From positions 3,910-67,909 of the forward strand of contig JAFCGM010000001.1 of assembly GCA_017608025.1 (NCBI GenBank): a stretch of DNA of 64,000 nt, in the 5' to 3' direction. This document shows positions 36,524-45,634 of this stretch, in pieces. The stretch is from Candidatus Pacearchaeota archaeon (lineage in GTDB: Archaea > Nanobdellota > Nanobdellia > UBA10117 > JABICX01). Below the pieces are notes generated by a model, which saw only the letters and a list, made by a program, of their open reading frames with translations, made no database searches and was not told the origin of the DNA. The position numbers and the translations under genes were made by a program. Position 1 is the stretch's first letter, and each line of letters begins with the position of its first letter.

Positions 36524-36967
36524 ATGAAATCTATGCTGAAACTTCTGGCAACTGCTTTGGTATCTTTTGTTTTAGCAACAGTAATTAATGTTCCTCTTCA
36601 TGAAGTAGGCCACTATATTGCAGCTGATTCTTATGGAAATTCTCCAGAATTTCATTTTTTTGAAAAAGAGGAATTTGTAAATGAAAATGGTGTTCAGACC
36701 TCTGCTGCAGTTTTGGCTTATGTAAGCTATTTTTCTGACAGCATAATCTTTACAAATGAAGATGCTACAATTGCCTTTGCAGGACCGTTTGTTAATTTTC
36801 TTTTGGCTATGCTTGGAATTGCGCTTTTTGTTGCTTATCGTAAGAAGAATATTTATGTTAATGTTGGGTTAATGGTTTTTATAATTTTAAGTACAGTTGC
36901 TTTTGCATCAAATTTGATTCCGGTTGCAGGTTCTGATGGCTCAGTAATTCTTTCTGTTATTGGATAA
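36524..36967 (+). CDS. small membrane protein with HExxH motif (putative membrane metalloprotease)
   Basis: LHEVGHYIAA sits in the first TM region, followed by three more hydrophobic helices. AGGTG lies upstream of the ATG. Confidence 0.4.
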   Translation: MKSMLKLLATALVSFVLATVINVPLHEVGHYIAADSYGNSPEFHFFEKEEFVNENGVQTSAAVLAYVSYFSDSIIFTNEDATIAFAGPFVNFLLAMLGIALFVAYRKKNIYVNVGLMVFIILSTVAFASNLIPVAGSDGSVILSVIG

Positions 36968-37001
36968 AAAACCTTATAAAGCGAATTCTTATTTTAATAC
37001 T

Positions 37002-37652
37002 ATGACATCTATTATTGAGGATAAGGACTTTGTGAAGATTGATTTTGTAGGCAGAATCAAGTCTACAGGTCAGATTTTTGACTTAACTAAGCGAGATGTT
37101 GCTGAAAAAGAGGGAATTTTAAAAAAAGAATTTAAGTATGAGCCACTTACTGTTTGCGTTAATTCAGGCCAGACAATTCCTGGAATTGACGAAGCGCTTT
37201 TAGGGAAAAAAGTCGGTGACAAATTTCAGGTTGAGATTTCTCCAGAAAAGGGTTTTGGAAATAGAAATCCAAAAATGATTCAAATAACTTCAGAATCAAA
37301 TTTTAGAAAAAGAGGAACAAGGCCTGTTCCAGGAATGCAGTTTGACATTGACGGGAAGATAGCCACAATAAAAAGCGTGAACGGGGGCAGAGTAATTCTT
37401 GATTTTAATCATCCTCTTTCTGGAAAGAACTTGGTTTATGATATTGAAATTAAAGAAAAAATTGAAAAGCCAGAAGACAGGCTTGAAGAAATAAAAAAAT
37501 TAACTGGAATATATTATGATTACGAGGTTGATGGAAAAAAAGCAGAGATAAAAATTAAAATGAAAGAGGCAGATTCCAAACTTCTTCAAGTTATAGAAAA
37601 TAATCTTCAAAGCTTTCTTCCAGATTTGAAAGTTCAAGTAGTTTCTTCTTAA
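37002..37652 (+). CDS. FKBP-type peptidyl-prolyl cis-trans isomerase (long archaeal SlyD/FKBP type)
   Basis: DFVKIDFVGRIKSTGQIFD...GMQFDIDG...VILDFNHPLSGK. ATG at 37002 preferred over the TTG at 36960. Confidence 0.75.
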   Translation: MTSIIEDKDFVKIDFVGRIKSTGQIFDLTKRDVAEKEGILKKEFKYEPLTVCVNSGQTIPGIDEALLGKKVGDKFQVEISPEKGFGNRNPKMIQITSESNFRKRGTRPVPGMQFDIDGKIATIKSVNGGRVILDFNHPLSGKNLVYDIEIKEKIEKPEDRLEEIKKLTGIYYDYEVDGKKAEIKIKMKEADSKLLQVIENNLQSFLPDLKVQVVSS

Positions 37653-37747
37653 TATTATTCACTTAAACCCAATAATGCTTTTAAAATCAGAAGTTATTTG
37701 TTAGTTAAGTTTATATTAAATAAAAAACTTTATTGAGGTAGACAAGG

Positions 37748-38932
37748 ATGGATTCTATTATTGAAAGAGCATCACAAAGAGCAAATGAAGATTTTGGAGG
37801 AGAATTATCTGACCAAGAGTTTAGTTTTGGTTCAGATGACTTTGGAAAAGATTCTGGATTTGAAGATTCTAGCTCAGACATTCCAAAATCTGAAGATGAT
37901 GAGGAATTGAAAAAATATCTTGAAAATCGAAAAGCAAGAATAAAAGTTATTGGTTGCGGTGGTGCAGGAAACCACACTGTTTCACGAATTGCTGAAGTTG
38001 GAATTGTGGGTGCAGAGCTTATTTCTATAAACACAGATGCTCAGGATTTGCTTTCTTCAACAGCTGACAAGAAGATTCTTATTGGAAAAGACCTTACTTC
38101 AGGACTTGGAGCAGGCTCTGATCCTGAAGTTGGAAAGGAAGCTGCAAAAGAGTCTGAGCATGACTTAAAAGAGGTTTTAAAGGGAACAAACATGATGTTT
38201 ATTACAGCTGGACTTGGCGGAGGAACTGGAACAGGTTCAGCACCAGTTATTGCCCAGCTGGCAAAGAAAATGGGAATTTTAACAGTTGCAATTGTTACTT
38301 TGCCTTTTACAATTGAGGGGAAAAAGAGATTTGACAATGCAATGATTGGATTAGAAGAGCTGGAAAATGTTGTTGACACTCTTATTGTGATCCCAAATGA
38401 CAAGCTTATTGAACTTGCACCAGACTTGCCTTTGCATACAGCTTTTAGAGTTGCAGATGAGATTCTGACAAATGCTGTAAAGGGAATTGCAGAGCTGATT
38501 ACAAAGCCTGGACTGATTAATCTTGACTTTGCAGATATTAAGGCAGTTATGAAGTCAGGGGGAATTGCTATGATTGGAGTTGGCGAATCTGACACTGAGA
38601 ATCGAGGTATAGAGGCTGTTGAAAAAGCAATTTCAAATCCTTTGCTTGATGTAGATATTTCTGGCGGAAGCGGAGCACTGATTAATGTATGTGGCGGTCC
38701 GTCAATGTCGCTCGAAGAAGCAAAGAAAGTTGTTGAGACTGTTTCAGACAAGCTTGATGAGAATGCAAAGATAATATGGGGAGCACAAATAAGCCAGGAC
38801 TTACAGAACACAATTCGGGCAATGCTTGTTATTGTTGGAGTTCAGTCAAGCCAAATCTTCGGACCAAACAGAACTTTCTCAAAGAAGAAGATTGATGATT
38901 TGTCTAATGACTTAGGGATTGACTTTATATAA
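37748..38932 (+). CDS. ftsZ: cell division GTPase FtsZ
   Basis: GCGGAGNH and the tubulin signature GLGGGTGTGSAPV. Acidic N-terminal extension. C-terminal tail ...DDLSNDLGIDFI. Confidence 0.95.
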   Translation: MDSIIERASQRANEDFGGELSDQEFSFGSDDFGKDSGFEDSSSDIPKSEDDEELKKYLENRKARIKVIGCGGAGNHTVSRIAEVGIVGAELISINTDAQDLLSSTADKKILIGKDLTSGLGAGSDPEVGKEAAKESEHDLKEVLKGTNMMFITAGLGGGTGTGSAPVIAQLAKKMGILTVAIVTLPFTIEGKKRFDNAMIGLEELENVVDTLIVIPNDKLIELAPDLPLHTAFRVADEILTNAVKGIAELITKPGLINLDFADIKAVMKSGGIAMIGVGESDTENRGIEAVEKAISNPLLDVDISGGSGALINVCGGPSMSLEEAKKVVETVSDKLDENAKIIWGAQISQDLQNTIRAMLVIVGVQSSQIFGPNRTFSKKKIDDLSNDLGIDFI

Positions 38933-38949
38933 AATCCCTTTTTATTAAC

Positions 38950-39429
38950 ATGGATGGCTTAGAAAACACTTTAGAAAAAAGGCAGAAGGTTAAAGAATTA
39001 GTTGAAAAAAGAATAAAACAAGCTAAACAAAGAAAAATATGGGACAAGGCATGGTATGTTTCTGAAGTGTTGGGAACTAAAATATCAAAAAGTTTTAGTT
39101 TTATTAATAAAAACATAGAAATTAGTAATAATGAAGACTTTCAAAAAGATTACCATTCACCAACGCATCATATTTCTATCTATAAATTTGAGGATGATAA
39201 ATCTTGGATGGATGGAGAACCATTGAAGGAACTTGTTTTCAAAGCTGACGGTAGCTTTGGAAACATTGTTGATGAAATAAAAACATATGTTCCAGGCAAT
39301 TGGGAAAAAGAGTTAAATACATTATATAAAAAAGCTTTGAAGAAACCTGAAGAAGATAAAAAAGCTGAAGAACAGAAATACAAAAAAGACAATAAAGATA
39401 ACTGGGGTATTGACTTCAACGAACTCTAA
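38950..39429 (+). CDS. hypothetical protein with FtsZ-tail-like C-terminus
   Basis: 159-aa lysine-rich ORF starting 18 nt after ftsZ. Ends ...KDNKDNWGIDFNEL. Confidence 0.5.
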   Translation: MDGLENTLEKRQKVKELVEKRIKQAKQRKIWDKAWYVSEVLGTKISKSFSFINKNIEISNNEDFQKDYHSPTHHISIYKFEDDKSWMDGEPLKELVFKADGSFGNIVDEIKTYVPGNWEKELNTLYKKALKKPEEDKKAEEQKYKKDNKDNWGIDFNEL

Positions 39430-39627
39430 TCTATTTTCTCGCTTGTAATGACTTTTAAATACACATTTAATTAACTGAAAAGTTATTATGAAAATCCAAT
39501 ATGAAATATTCCTTGTGCTTATTAGTTTACTGCTGGTTCTGGCAGTTGCTGCTGAGACGCAATACAATGACACAGTGAAACATATACACTAGGCCTGACT
39601 CAGGACTATAATGTTGTACTGAAAGAA

Positions 39628-40251
39628 ATGAGTGAAAATTCTGTTACAATTAAAGTTGAAGGACCTACTAAATCAAGAACAAGAACACTTGAACTTGAAG
39701 AAGAATATAACTTCTTTGATGAGATATACATTAAAGTTCATGATATAAATTACACTGAAAATGAATTAGATATAAATGACGCGAACGGAGATGCAACTTT
39801 CGAGATATATGATGTAAATCGAGAAATTTGTAGTGAAAAAAAGATTTCATATTTTTCTACAATCGATTTTACACTTGACCACACCATTGATTTTCATCAA
39901 ACAGATGTATCTATGACATATATTGGAACAAACAAAGCAGAAATAAATTATAATTCAAATAAAAAGACGCTTTCAATTGGAGAATACTGCACTGCAGACA
40001 ATATTCAGGTTTATCTTGAATCAATTGACTATGATGATAATATAGTTAATCGAAGAGTTAGTTTAAAGATTTGTCAGCCAGGCGAAGGGTCAGCAGAAGA
40101 AGTTTCTCTTACAGCAACAGAAGAAGCACAAGAGCAAGTTGAAAAAATATATCGAGCAACAACTGAAGAAAAAGAAGAAACACCGCCAATGCCAGAACCT
40201 CGTCGCGGACTCTTAGCATCATTCTTTAACTGGTTATTCAGCTTGTTCTAA
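39628..40251 (+). CDS. secreted-protein paralogue (probably frameshifted; signal peptide encoded separately at 39488-39592)
   Basis: The ORF at 39488 encodes MKIQYEIFLVLISLLLVLAVAAETQ... and stops at TAG 39590-39592. Another frame opens at 39571 with SETYTLGL... and runs on to 40251. Confidence 0.5.
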   Translation: MSENSVTIKVEGPTKSRTRTLELEEEYNFFDEIYIKVHDINYTENELDINDANGDATFEIYDVNREICSEKKISYFSTIDFTLDHTIDFHQTDVSMTYIGTNKAEINYNSNKKTLSIGEYCTADNIQVYLESIDYDDNIVNRRVSLKICQPGEGSAEEVSLTATEEAQEQVEKIYRATTEEKEETPPMPEPRRGLLASFFNWLFSLF

Positions 40252-40488
40252 GCTGAATTTTTATTTCTTTTTATGAAATCTCTTTTTTGTAAGAAAAGTC
40301 TTCCAAACTCAAAGAATAAATTGTTAAGAAAAAATGTTCACAAAAGAGAAAAGCAGATTTAGCAAGTGATTTAGGAATTGACTTTATTTGAACTTTTTTA
40401 GAAGTGATGTTTTTGAAAGAAACTAATCTTCTTTTTGTTTGTTTTTCTAAAAGAAAACCTTTTTAAATTCAATATTGGTTTTATTGTT

Positions 40489-40752
40489 ATGGCTTTTGGA
40501 GTTAAGAATATTCATCGTAAGCAGAAAAAGTTGGAAAAGAAAAACTCCTTTGATAAGAAAAAATCTAGGGGTAAACTTAGCATTCTGCTTAAGTTAAAGC
40601 GAAAGCTTAGAGAATACAGAAGAGTACTTCGGATTACAAAAAAACCTACTTCAAAAGAATTTAAAATGATTGTAAAAGTTACAGGCCTTGGAATTGTAGC
40701 AATTGGCGCAATTGGTTTTGTTATATGGCTTGTGCTTACACTTATTGAATAG
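40489..40752 (+). CDS. secE: protein translocase subunit SecE / Sec61-gamma
   Basis: Basic N-terminus, KKPTSKEFKMIVKVTGLGIVAIGAIGFVIWLV single TM helix, and position directly upstream of spt5/nusG. Confidence 0.75.
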   Translation: MAFGVKNIHRKQKKLEKKNSFDKKKSRGKLSILLKLKRKLREYRRVLRITKKPTSKEFKMIVKVTGLGIVAIGAIGFVIWLVLTLIE

Positions 40753-40761
40753 GAGATAATA

Positions 40762-41220
40762 TTGGCAAACCTATATATTGTACGGACAGCAATTGGAAGA
40801 GAATCACAAGTAGTTGACTTTCTCTCCACAAATGCTAAAAGATATGAAGGAGTTTACTCTATTGTTTATCCGCACGGGATGTCTGGATACATTATTGTTG
40901 AGGCAGATTCAGACCAGATTGTGAAGCAGATTTCCTATAAGGTTCCGTATGTTAGAGGTGTTTTAACAAAAGCACTTCCTTATGAAGAAATTGAACATCT
41001 TATTGAATTCAAGCCAGAGGATGTTGATGTTCATGTTGGAGATATTGTGAGTATTATTGCAGGTCCTTTCAAAGGGGAAAAGGCAAAAGTTACAAGAGTA
41101 AACACTCAGAAGTCTGAAGTAATACTTGAATTGCTTGAGGCAGCAGTTCCAATTCCAATAACAATTAATTTAGACTCAATTAAAATAATTGACAAGAAAG
41201 AGGTAAAAGAAAATGAGTGA
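40762..41220 (+). CDS. spt5: transcription elongation factor Spt5 (archaeal NusG)
   Basis: NGN domain (YIVRTAIGRE...) plus KOW motif (GDIVSIIAGPFKGEKAKV). TTG start after AGGAG. Confidence 0.85.
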   Translation: MANLYIVRTAIGRESQVVDFLSTNAKRYEGVYSIVYPHGMSGYIIVEADSDQIVKQISYKVPYVRGVLTKALPYEEIEHLIEFKPEDVDVHVGDIVSIIAGPFKGEKAKVTRVNTQKSEVILELLEAAVPIPITINLDSIKIIDKKEVKENE

Positions 41221-41710
41221 AACAACTATTGAAGCATTAGTTGAAGGTGGAAAAGCAACAGCAGGACCTCCATTAGGACCGGAGTTAGGACCGACAGGAG
41301 TTAACATTGGACAAGTTGTTGCTGAAATAAACCAGAAAACAGCAGATATGAATGGAATGTCTGTTCCAGTTAAAGTAATTGTTAATGTTGAAAATAAGAC
41401 TTTTAAAATTGAAGTTGGAACACCTCCGACTTCAGGCTTGCTTAAAAAAGAAGCTGGAATTGAAAAAGGAAAACAAGGAACTGAGGAAAATGAGGAAAAA
41501 AAGTTTGTGGGAAATATTTCAATTGATTCAGTTGTCAAGGTTGCAAAAATAAAAAGAAACGCAGTTTTGGCAAAAACCATGAAGTCAGCTGTAAAGGAAA
41601 TTATTGGAACTTGCCAGACGCTTGGCATTACTGTTGAAAGCCTTACGCCAAAGGAAGCAATTCAGGCAATTGATGCTGGCCGATGGGCAGATAAGTTTAG
41701 GAAGGAATAA
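41213..41710 (+). CDS. rpl11: 50S ribosomal protein L11 (uL11)
   Basis: GGKATAGPPLGPELGPTGVNIGQVV. Confidence 0.9.
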   Translation: MSETTIEALVEGGKATAGPPLGPELGPTGVNIGQVVAEINQKTADMNGMSVPVKVIVNVENKTFKIEVGTPPTSGLLKKEAGIEKGKQGTEENEEKKFVGNISIDSVVKVAKIKRNAVLAKTMKSAVKEIIGTCQTLGITVESLTPKEAIQAIDAGRWADKFRKE

Positions 41711-41765
41711 TTGTAGGCATCGCATTTTGTTTGCCTGCTCAAAGCGCTAACTGATTTTGCGGCTG
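41711..41765. repeat. GC-rich hairpin element (family B), inverted copy
   Basis: Its reverse complement cagccgcaaaatcagttagcgctttgagcaggcaaacaaaatgcgatgcctacaa aligns with 54927-55021. Confidence 0.7.
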
Positions 41766-41794
41766 TGGGCAGATAAATTTAGGAAGGAAAAGTT

Positions 41795-42037
41795 ATGGCA
41801 AAAAAACAAGACAAAACAACAAAAATAATTATTGGATTTATTTTGAATATTCTCGTTTTTCCAGGTGCAGGAACTTTTCTTTTTGGAAAGAAGTATCAGA
41901 ATCAGGCAATTGGACAATTAGTTCTTTCAATTGTTAGCATACCTTTGATTTTCTTTGTTATTGGCATATTTACTTGGATGGCAGCATGGATTTGGGCTCT
42001 TGTTACCAGCGTTCAAGTAATTTCAAAGGAACTTTAA
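41795..42037 (+). CDS. small membrane protein (hypothetical)
   Basis: 80 aa with two hydrophobic helices. Confidence 0.4.
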   Translation: MAKKQDKTTKIIIGFILNILVFPGAGTFLFGKKYQNQAIGQLVLSIVSIPLIFFVIGIFTWMAAWIWALVTSVQVISKEL

Positions 42038-42079
42038 TTTCTCAATCTTTTTATATTAGCAGTTTGTTTTTATTTTATT

Positions 42080-42682
42080 ATGAAAACAAAAGGATTTTTG
42101 ATAGCACTTTTTGCTTTTGCAATTATTTTCTCAGCAGCAAGTGCTCAAACAATTTTAAGCAGTGAAGATATTGAAAGTGATTCTGTTTATTATTCAAATG
42201 CAGAACTTAGTGAAGAGGGATTTGCAATTGTAGTAACTGTTTTGAGTATGTTGCTTTTTATTGTTTTGATGCAATTTTCACTGGCGATTTACATATATTC
42301 TTCTTTTGCATACATGTCTCTTGCAAAGAAGACAAAGACAGAGCCAATCTGGCTTGCTTGGATTCCAATAGTAAGATATTACCTGATTTCCAAAATAGCT
42401 AAGATGCCTTGGTGGCCAATTTTGTTTTTGATTGGATGTGCTGTTCCATATCCAATGATTGGGCTTGCAAGCATGGTTGCATTTTCAGTTTTCTTTGTGA
42501 TTTGGAGCTGGAAAATCTTTGAAAGAGTTGGAAGACCGGGATGGTGGGCTTTACTTATGATAATTCCTGTTGCAGGACCTATAATCTTTTTCGTGCTTAT
42601 AGGAATTGCTGCATGGGGAAAAGCACCTAAAGCAAGACCAGTAAGAAAGAAAACTTTAGCAAAGAAAAAGAAGAGAAAGTAA
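42080..42682 (+). CDS. hypothetical polytopic membrane protein
   Basis: Signal-like N-terminus, about 5 TM helices, and a basic C-terminal tail KKTLAKKKKRK. Confidence 0.45.
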   Translation: MKTKGFLIALFAFAIIFSAASAQTILSSEDIESDSVYYSNAELSEEGFAIVVTVLSMLLFIVLMQFSLAIYIYSSFAYMSLAKKTKTEPIWLAWIPIVRYYLISKIAKMPWWPILFLIGCAVPYPMIGLASMVAFSVFFVIWSWKIFERVGRPGWWALLMIIPVAGPIIFFVLIGIAAWGKAPKARPVRKKTLAKKKKRK

Positions 42683-42690
42683 TTTCTCTA

Positions 42691-43251
42691 TTATTTTTTA
42701 TTTTTTAATTTATTTAAAAGAAAATTTATTTTTTCATCAAGTTCTTTAAGAGTACCTTCATTTTCAATTTTGTATTCGGAATTTTGAATAACTTCTTCTG
42801 AGCCCCAAGAGATTTCTGTTTCATCACGCTTTTTGAAAGCAGCAAAATCTGCTGAGTCGTCTGCTCTTCCGCGAACAGAATTTCTTTTAAATCTTGTTTC
42901 TTCAGATGCAATAATTGCTACAACTCTGAAGTCAAACATTGTCTTAAAGAAGTCAACTTCTTCTGGGCTTCGAATGCCGTCGATTATGATTAATTTAGAT
43001 TTGAAATTTTGGTTCTTGAGCTTTTCAGCAAGTCTTTTTGCCCAGATAATGTTCCCTTTTTCCTTTTTTTCTTTGTTTGAATATTCATTCATTTCTGAAG
43101 CAGGTTTTTCAGGACATTTGCGAGCAAACCACTCTCTTACAATATTTCCAATTGAGAATACAGGAATTCCGCGTTTTTTTGCAACTTCTGCAACTTCGCC
43201 TTTGCCTGAACCAGGCATTCCAGCAAGTCCGAGAAAGATTATGTCTTTCAT
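42691..43251 (-). CDS. P-loop nucleotide kinase (adenylate/CMP-kinase-related archaeal UPF0200-like)
   Basis: GLAGMPGSGKGEVAEVAKKRGIPV Walker A. IIDGIRSPEEVDFF. Confidence 0.5.
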   Translation of the reverse strand: MKDIIFLGLAGMPGSGKGEVAEVAKKRGIPVFSIGNIVREWFARKCPEKPASEMNEYSNKEKKEKGNIIWAKRLAEKLKNQNFKSKLIIIDGIRSPEEVDFFKTMFDFRVVAIIASEETRFKRNSVRGRADDSADFAAFKKRDETEISWGSEEVIQNSEYKIENEGTLKELDEKINFLLNKLKNKK

Positions 43252-43332
43252 TATAAGAATTTTTATTGTTTATATATAAAAGCTTTTTTTAGTTTCAAAA
43301 TACTTATTAAGTTTAAAATTCAGAAATATGTG

Positions 43333-44457
43333 ATGCGAAGAAATAGCTCTTTTTTACATTTTCTGAAAAATCGCGAACTGAATGAGCTTTACATTTGTGT
43401 TGCATTAAGGTCATTTTCAACTTCAATGATTGGGATTTTTATTCCGATTTACTTGTGGACAATAGGGCTTTCATTTTCAAGTATTTTTATTTTTTATGCA
43501 ATAATAAGTTTGTTTCATGCAATTAGTGTGTTTTTTGCTGGAAGATTTTCTTCAAAATTCGGGTTCAAGCACACTATTTTTTTTAGCATTCCATTTCTTA
43601 TTTTGTTTTACTTTTTGATTTATTTTGCAAGCACAAGTCTTTTGCTTCTTTTTTCTTTGGCAGTTATTTACGGTCTTCAAAGCGGTTTTTTTTGGCTTTC
43701 TTTTCATTCTGATTTTTCATTATTCAGCAAAAGAAACGAAAGATGCAAGTCAACAAGTTTTACAAAACTGCTGATTAAGCTTTTTAATGTTGCTGGACCA
43801 GCAATAGGAGGACTGATTATTGTTTTATTTAGCTATGAATTTTTGTTTATTTTTGTTGCTTGCTTGCTTCTCTTTTCAGCAATACCTCTTTTCTTTTCAA
43901 AAGATTCAAGGCCAAGAATAAGTTTTTCTTTAAAACATGTTTTTTTAGACCAGAAAATTAAAGATTTTTTCAGCCTTATTGGGTATGGAATAGAGATTGG
44001 AGCTGGGCAGGTTTTATGGCCACTTTTCATTTTCGGAATTTTGGGTTACAGTGTTGCTTCTTTAGGTTTTGTTGCAACAATTTCTCTTCTTTGTTCACTT
44101 GGAGCAATTTTTTTAATTGGCGTTTTTTCAGGCAAAAACAGACTTGCTGTTCTTAAAGTTGGAGCTTTGTTTAATTCTGCATTGTGGTTTGTTAAGATTT
44201 TTGTTTCAACAGTATTTCAGATTTTTCTTGTTCATGGATTTTACGGAATTTTAAGGCCAATGATTACAATTCCTTTTGATTCCATTAATTATGATACAGC
44301 AAACAAGACGAATATTCTTGAATACATTACTTTCAGAGAATTTGTGTATCATTCTGGAAGAGTTTTTTTCTTTGTTGCAATGGCATTTATACTAAACTTG
44401 AAAATTGGATTTGCAATTGCTGCAGTAGCATCTGTTTTGTATTTGCTGATTAGGTAA
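43333..44457 (+). CDS. MFS-type transporter
   Basis: About 12 hydrophobic helices. GRFSSKFGFK resembles the MFS loop 2-3 motif. Confidence 0.55.
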   Translation: MRRNSSFLHFLKNRELNELYICVALRSFSTSMIGIFIPIYLWTIGLSFSSIFIFYAIISLFHAISVFFAGRFSSKFGFKHTIFFSIPFLILFYFLIYFASTSLLLLFSLAVIYGLQSGFFWLSFHSDFSLFSKRNERCKSTSFTKLLIKLFNVAGPAIGGLIIVLFSYEFLFIFVACLLLFSAIPLFFSKDSRPRISFSLKHVFLDQKIKDFFSLIGYGIEIGAGQVLWPLFIFGILGYSVASLGFVATISLLCSLGAIFLIGVFSGKNRLAVLKVGALFNSALWFVKIFVSTVFQIFLVHGFYGILRPMITIPFDSINYDTANKTNILEYITFREFVYHSGRVFFFVAMAFILNLKIGFAIAAVASVLYLLIR

Positions 44458-44545
44458 TTTACATTATAAACAATAAGCTATGCGAGTATGGCTGTTTTAG
44501 ATTTGATTAAAAAACAATATATAACATTATTACAATTAGTAATTA

Positions 44546-45634
44546 ATGACTGATGAAATAGATGAGTTTGAGGAAAAGCCAAGAAAGCCTCTTAGAAATA
44601 TAAAGAGTTTTTTCAGAAAATATAAAAGTGCAATTATTTTTATTTCTCTTTTGCTTTTGTCTGCTCTTTTCATATTCAATGTATTTTGGTATTTTGGAGA
44701 TGATATGACAAATGCTTTTAAGAAAACTCTTAATTTGGAGCAGGACAATTCAGAGCGTATTTTTGTTGAAAAAGTAGAGATTTCAGATTTGAAGCTTGAG
44801 CCCAGTAAGTATTTTGGAAAGCAGGTTAAGGTTTCTGGTGAGCTTACAAAGTGTAAATACGTAATTACAGAACCTTCAAATGTAACATACAACAAGTCAA
44901 GTGAAGGTCTTGTTGTTGTCAGTTCAGATTTGGTTGAAAGAGAGAAAGATATAAGTGCTCTTTGCTTTTTTGAAGAGCGAGGCGAGGGTTATATTAAGGT
45001 TCCAACAAATATTTTGGAAATAAAGTCTTTTGAAGAAGGAAGTAATGTTACAGTTATTGGTTTTCTTAAAAAAGTTTCCAGGATTTCAGATGTTTTTATT
45101 GTTGAGCACATATTAAATAAAAAGTATGAAGAAATCCTGAATAAACAAAAAGAACTGCCGAAACAGAAAATTAATGTTTTTGAAGTTGAAGAAAGAATAC
45201 ATAAGCTTGTTAATGAACTAAGAAAAGAAAACAATGTTTCTGAATTGGAATATCGGAAGAATTTGGCAAACATAGCAAGATATTACAGCCAGGAAATGGC
45301 TTTAAAAAACTATTTTGATAATGTAGATTTAGTTGGAAAATATGCTGGGGCTCGAGCAAGAGATGCAGGTTTTTACTGCATTAGAAATGAAAGTTATGTT
45401 CGCCAAATTGGAGAGAATGTTTACAAAAATTACTTGTATTCTTCTGTTGAATATTCAATGGGTGTTCCAAAATACAGATGGGCAAGTGAAAAGGAAATTG
45501 CAGCTTCAACAATTGACGGCTGGATGAATGAATCTTCAAGTAGGGAATTCTTACTGAGTAAGGATTTTAGCAAGCAAGGAGTGGGTGTTGCTGTATCTGG
45601 AAATGAGGTCATAATTACACAGAATTTGTGCTGA
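44546..45634 (+). CDS. membrane-anchored CAP/SCP (PR-1-like) domain protein
   Basis: N-terminal TM anchor. C-terminal IHKLVNELRKENN...YSQEMALKNYF...GENV...GWMNESSSREFLL pattern of the CAP family. Confidence 0.55.
   Translation: MTDEIDEFEEKPRKPLRNIKSFFRKYKSAIIFISLLLLSALFIFNVFWYFGDDMTNAFKKTLNLEQDNSERIFVEKVEISDLKLEPSKYFGKQVKVSGELTKCKYVITEPSNVTYNKSSEGLVVVSSDLVEREKDISALCFFEERGEGYIKVPTNILEIKSFEEGSNVTVIGFLKKVSRISDVFIVEHILNKKYEEILNKQKELPKQKINVFEVEERIHKLVNELRKENNVSELEYRKNLANIARYYSQEMALKNYFDNVDLVGKYAGARARDAGFYCIRNESYVRQIGENVYKNYLYSSVEYSMGVPKYRWASEKEIAASTIDGWMNESSSREFLLSKDFSKQGVGVAVSGNEVIITQNLC

Noticed and set aside
38041-38811. Long antisense ORFs inside well-supported genes (e.g. 38041-38811 in ftsZ, 13709-14200 in the mutase gene, 47030-47548 in rpl10, 48028-48540 across rpl1, 41176-41628 in rpl11)
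   Set aside because: They are shadow ORFs of strongly supported genes. Their serine/phenylalanine-rich low-complexity translations are typical of antisense frames in AT-rich DNA.
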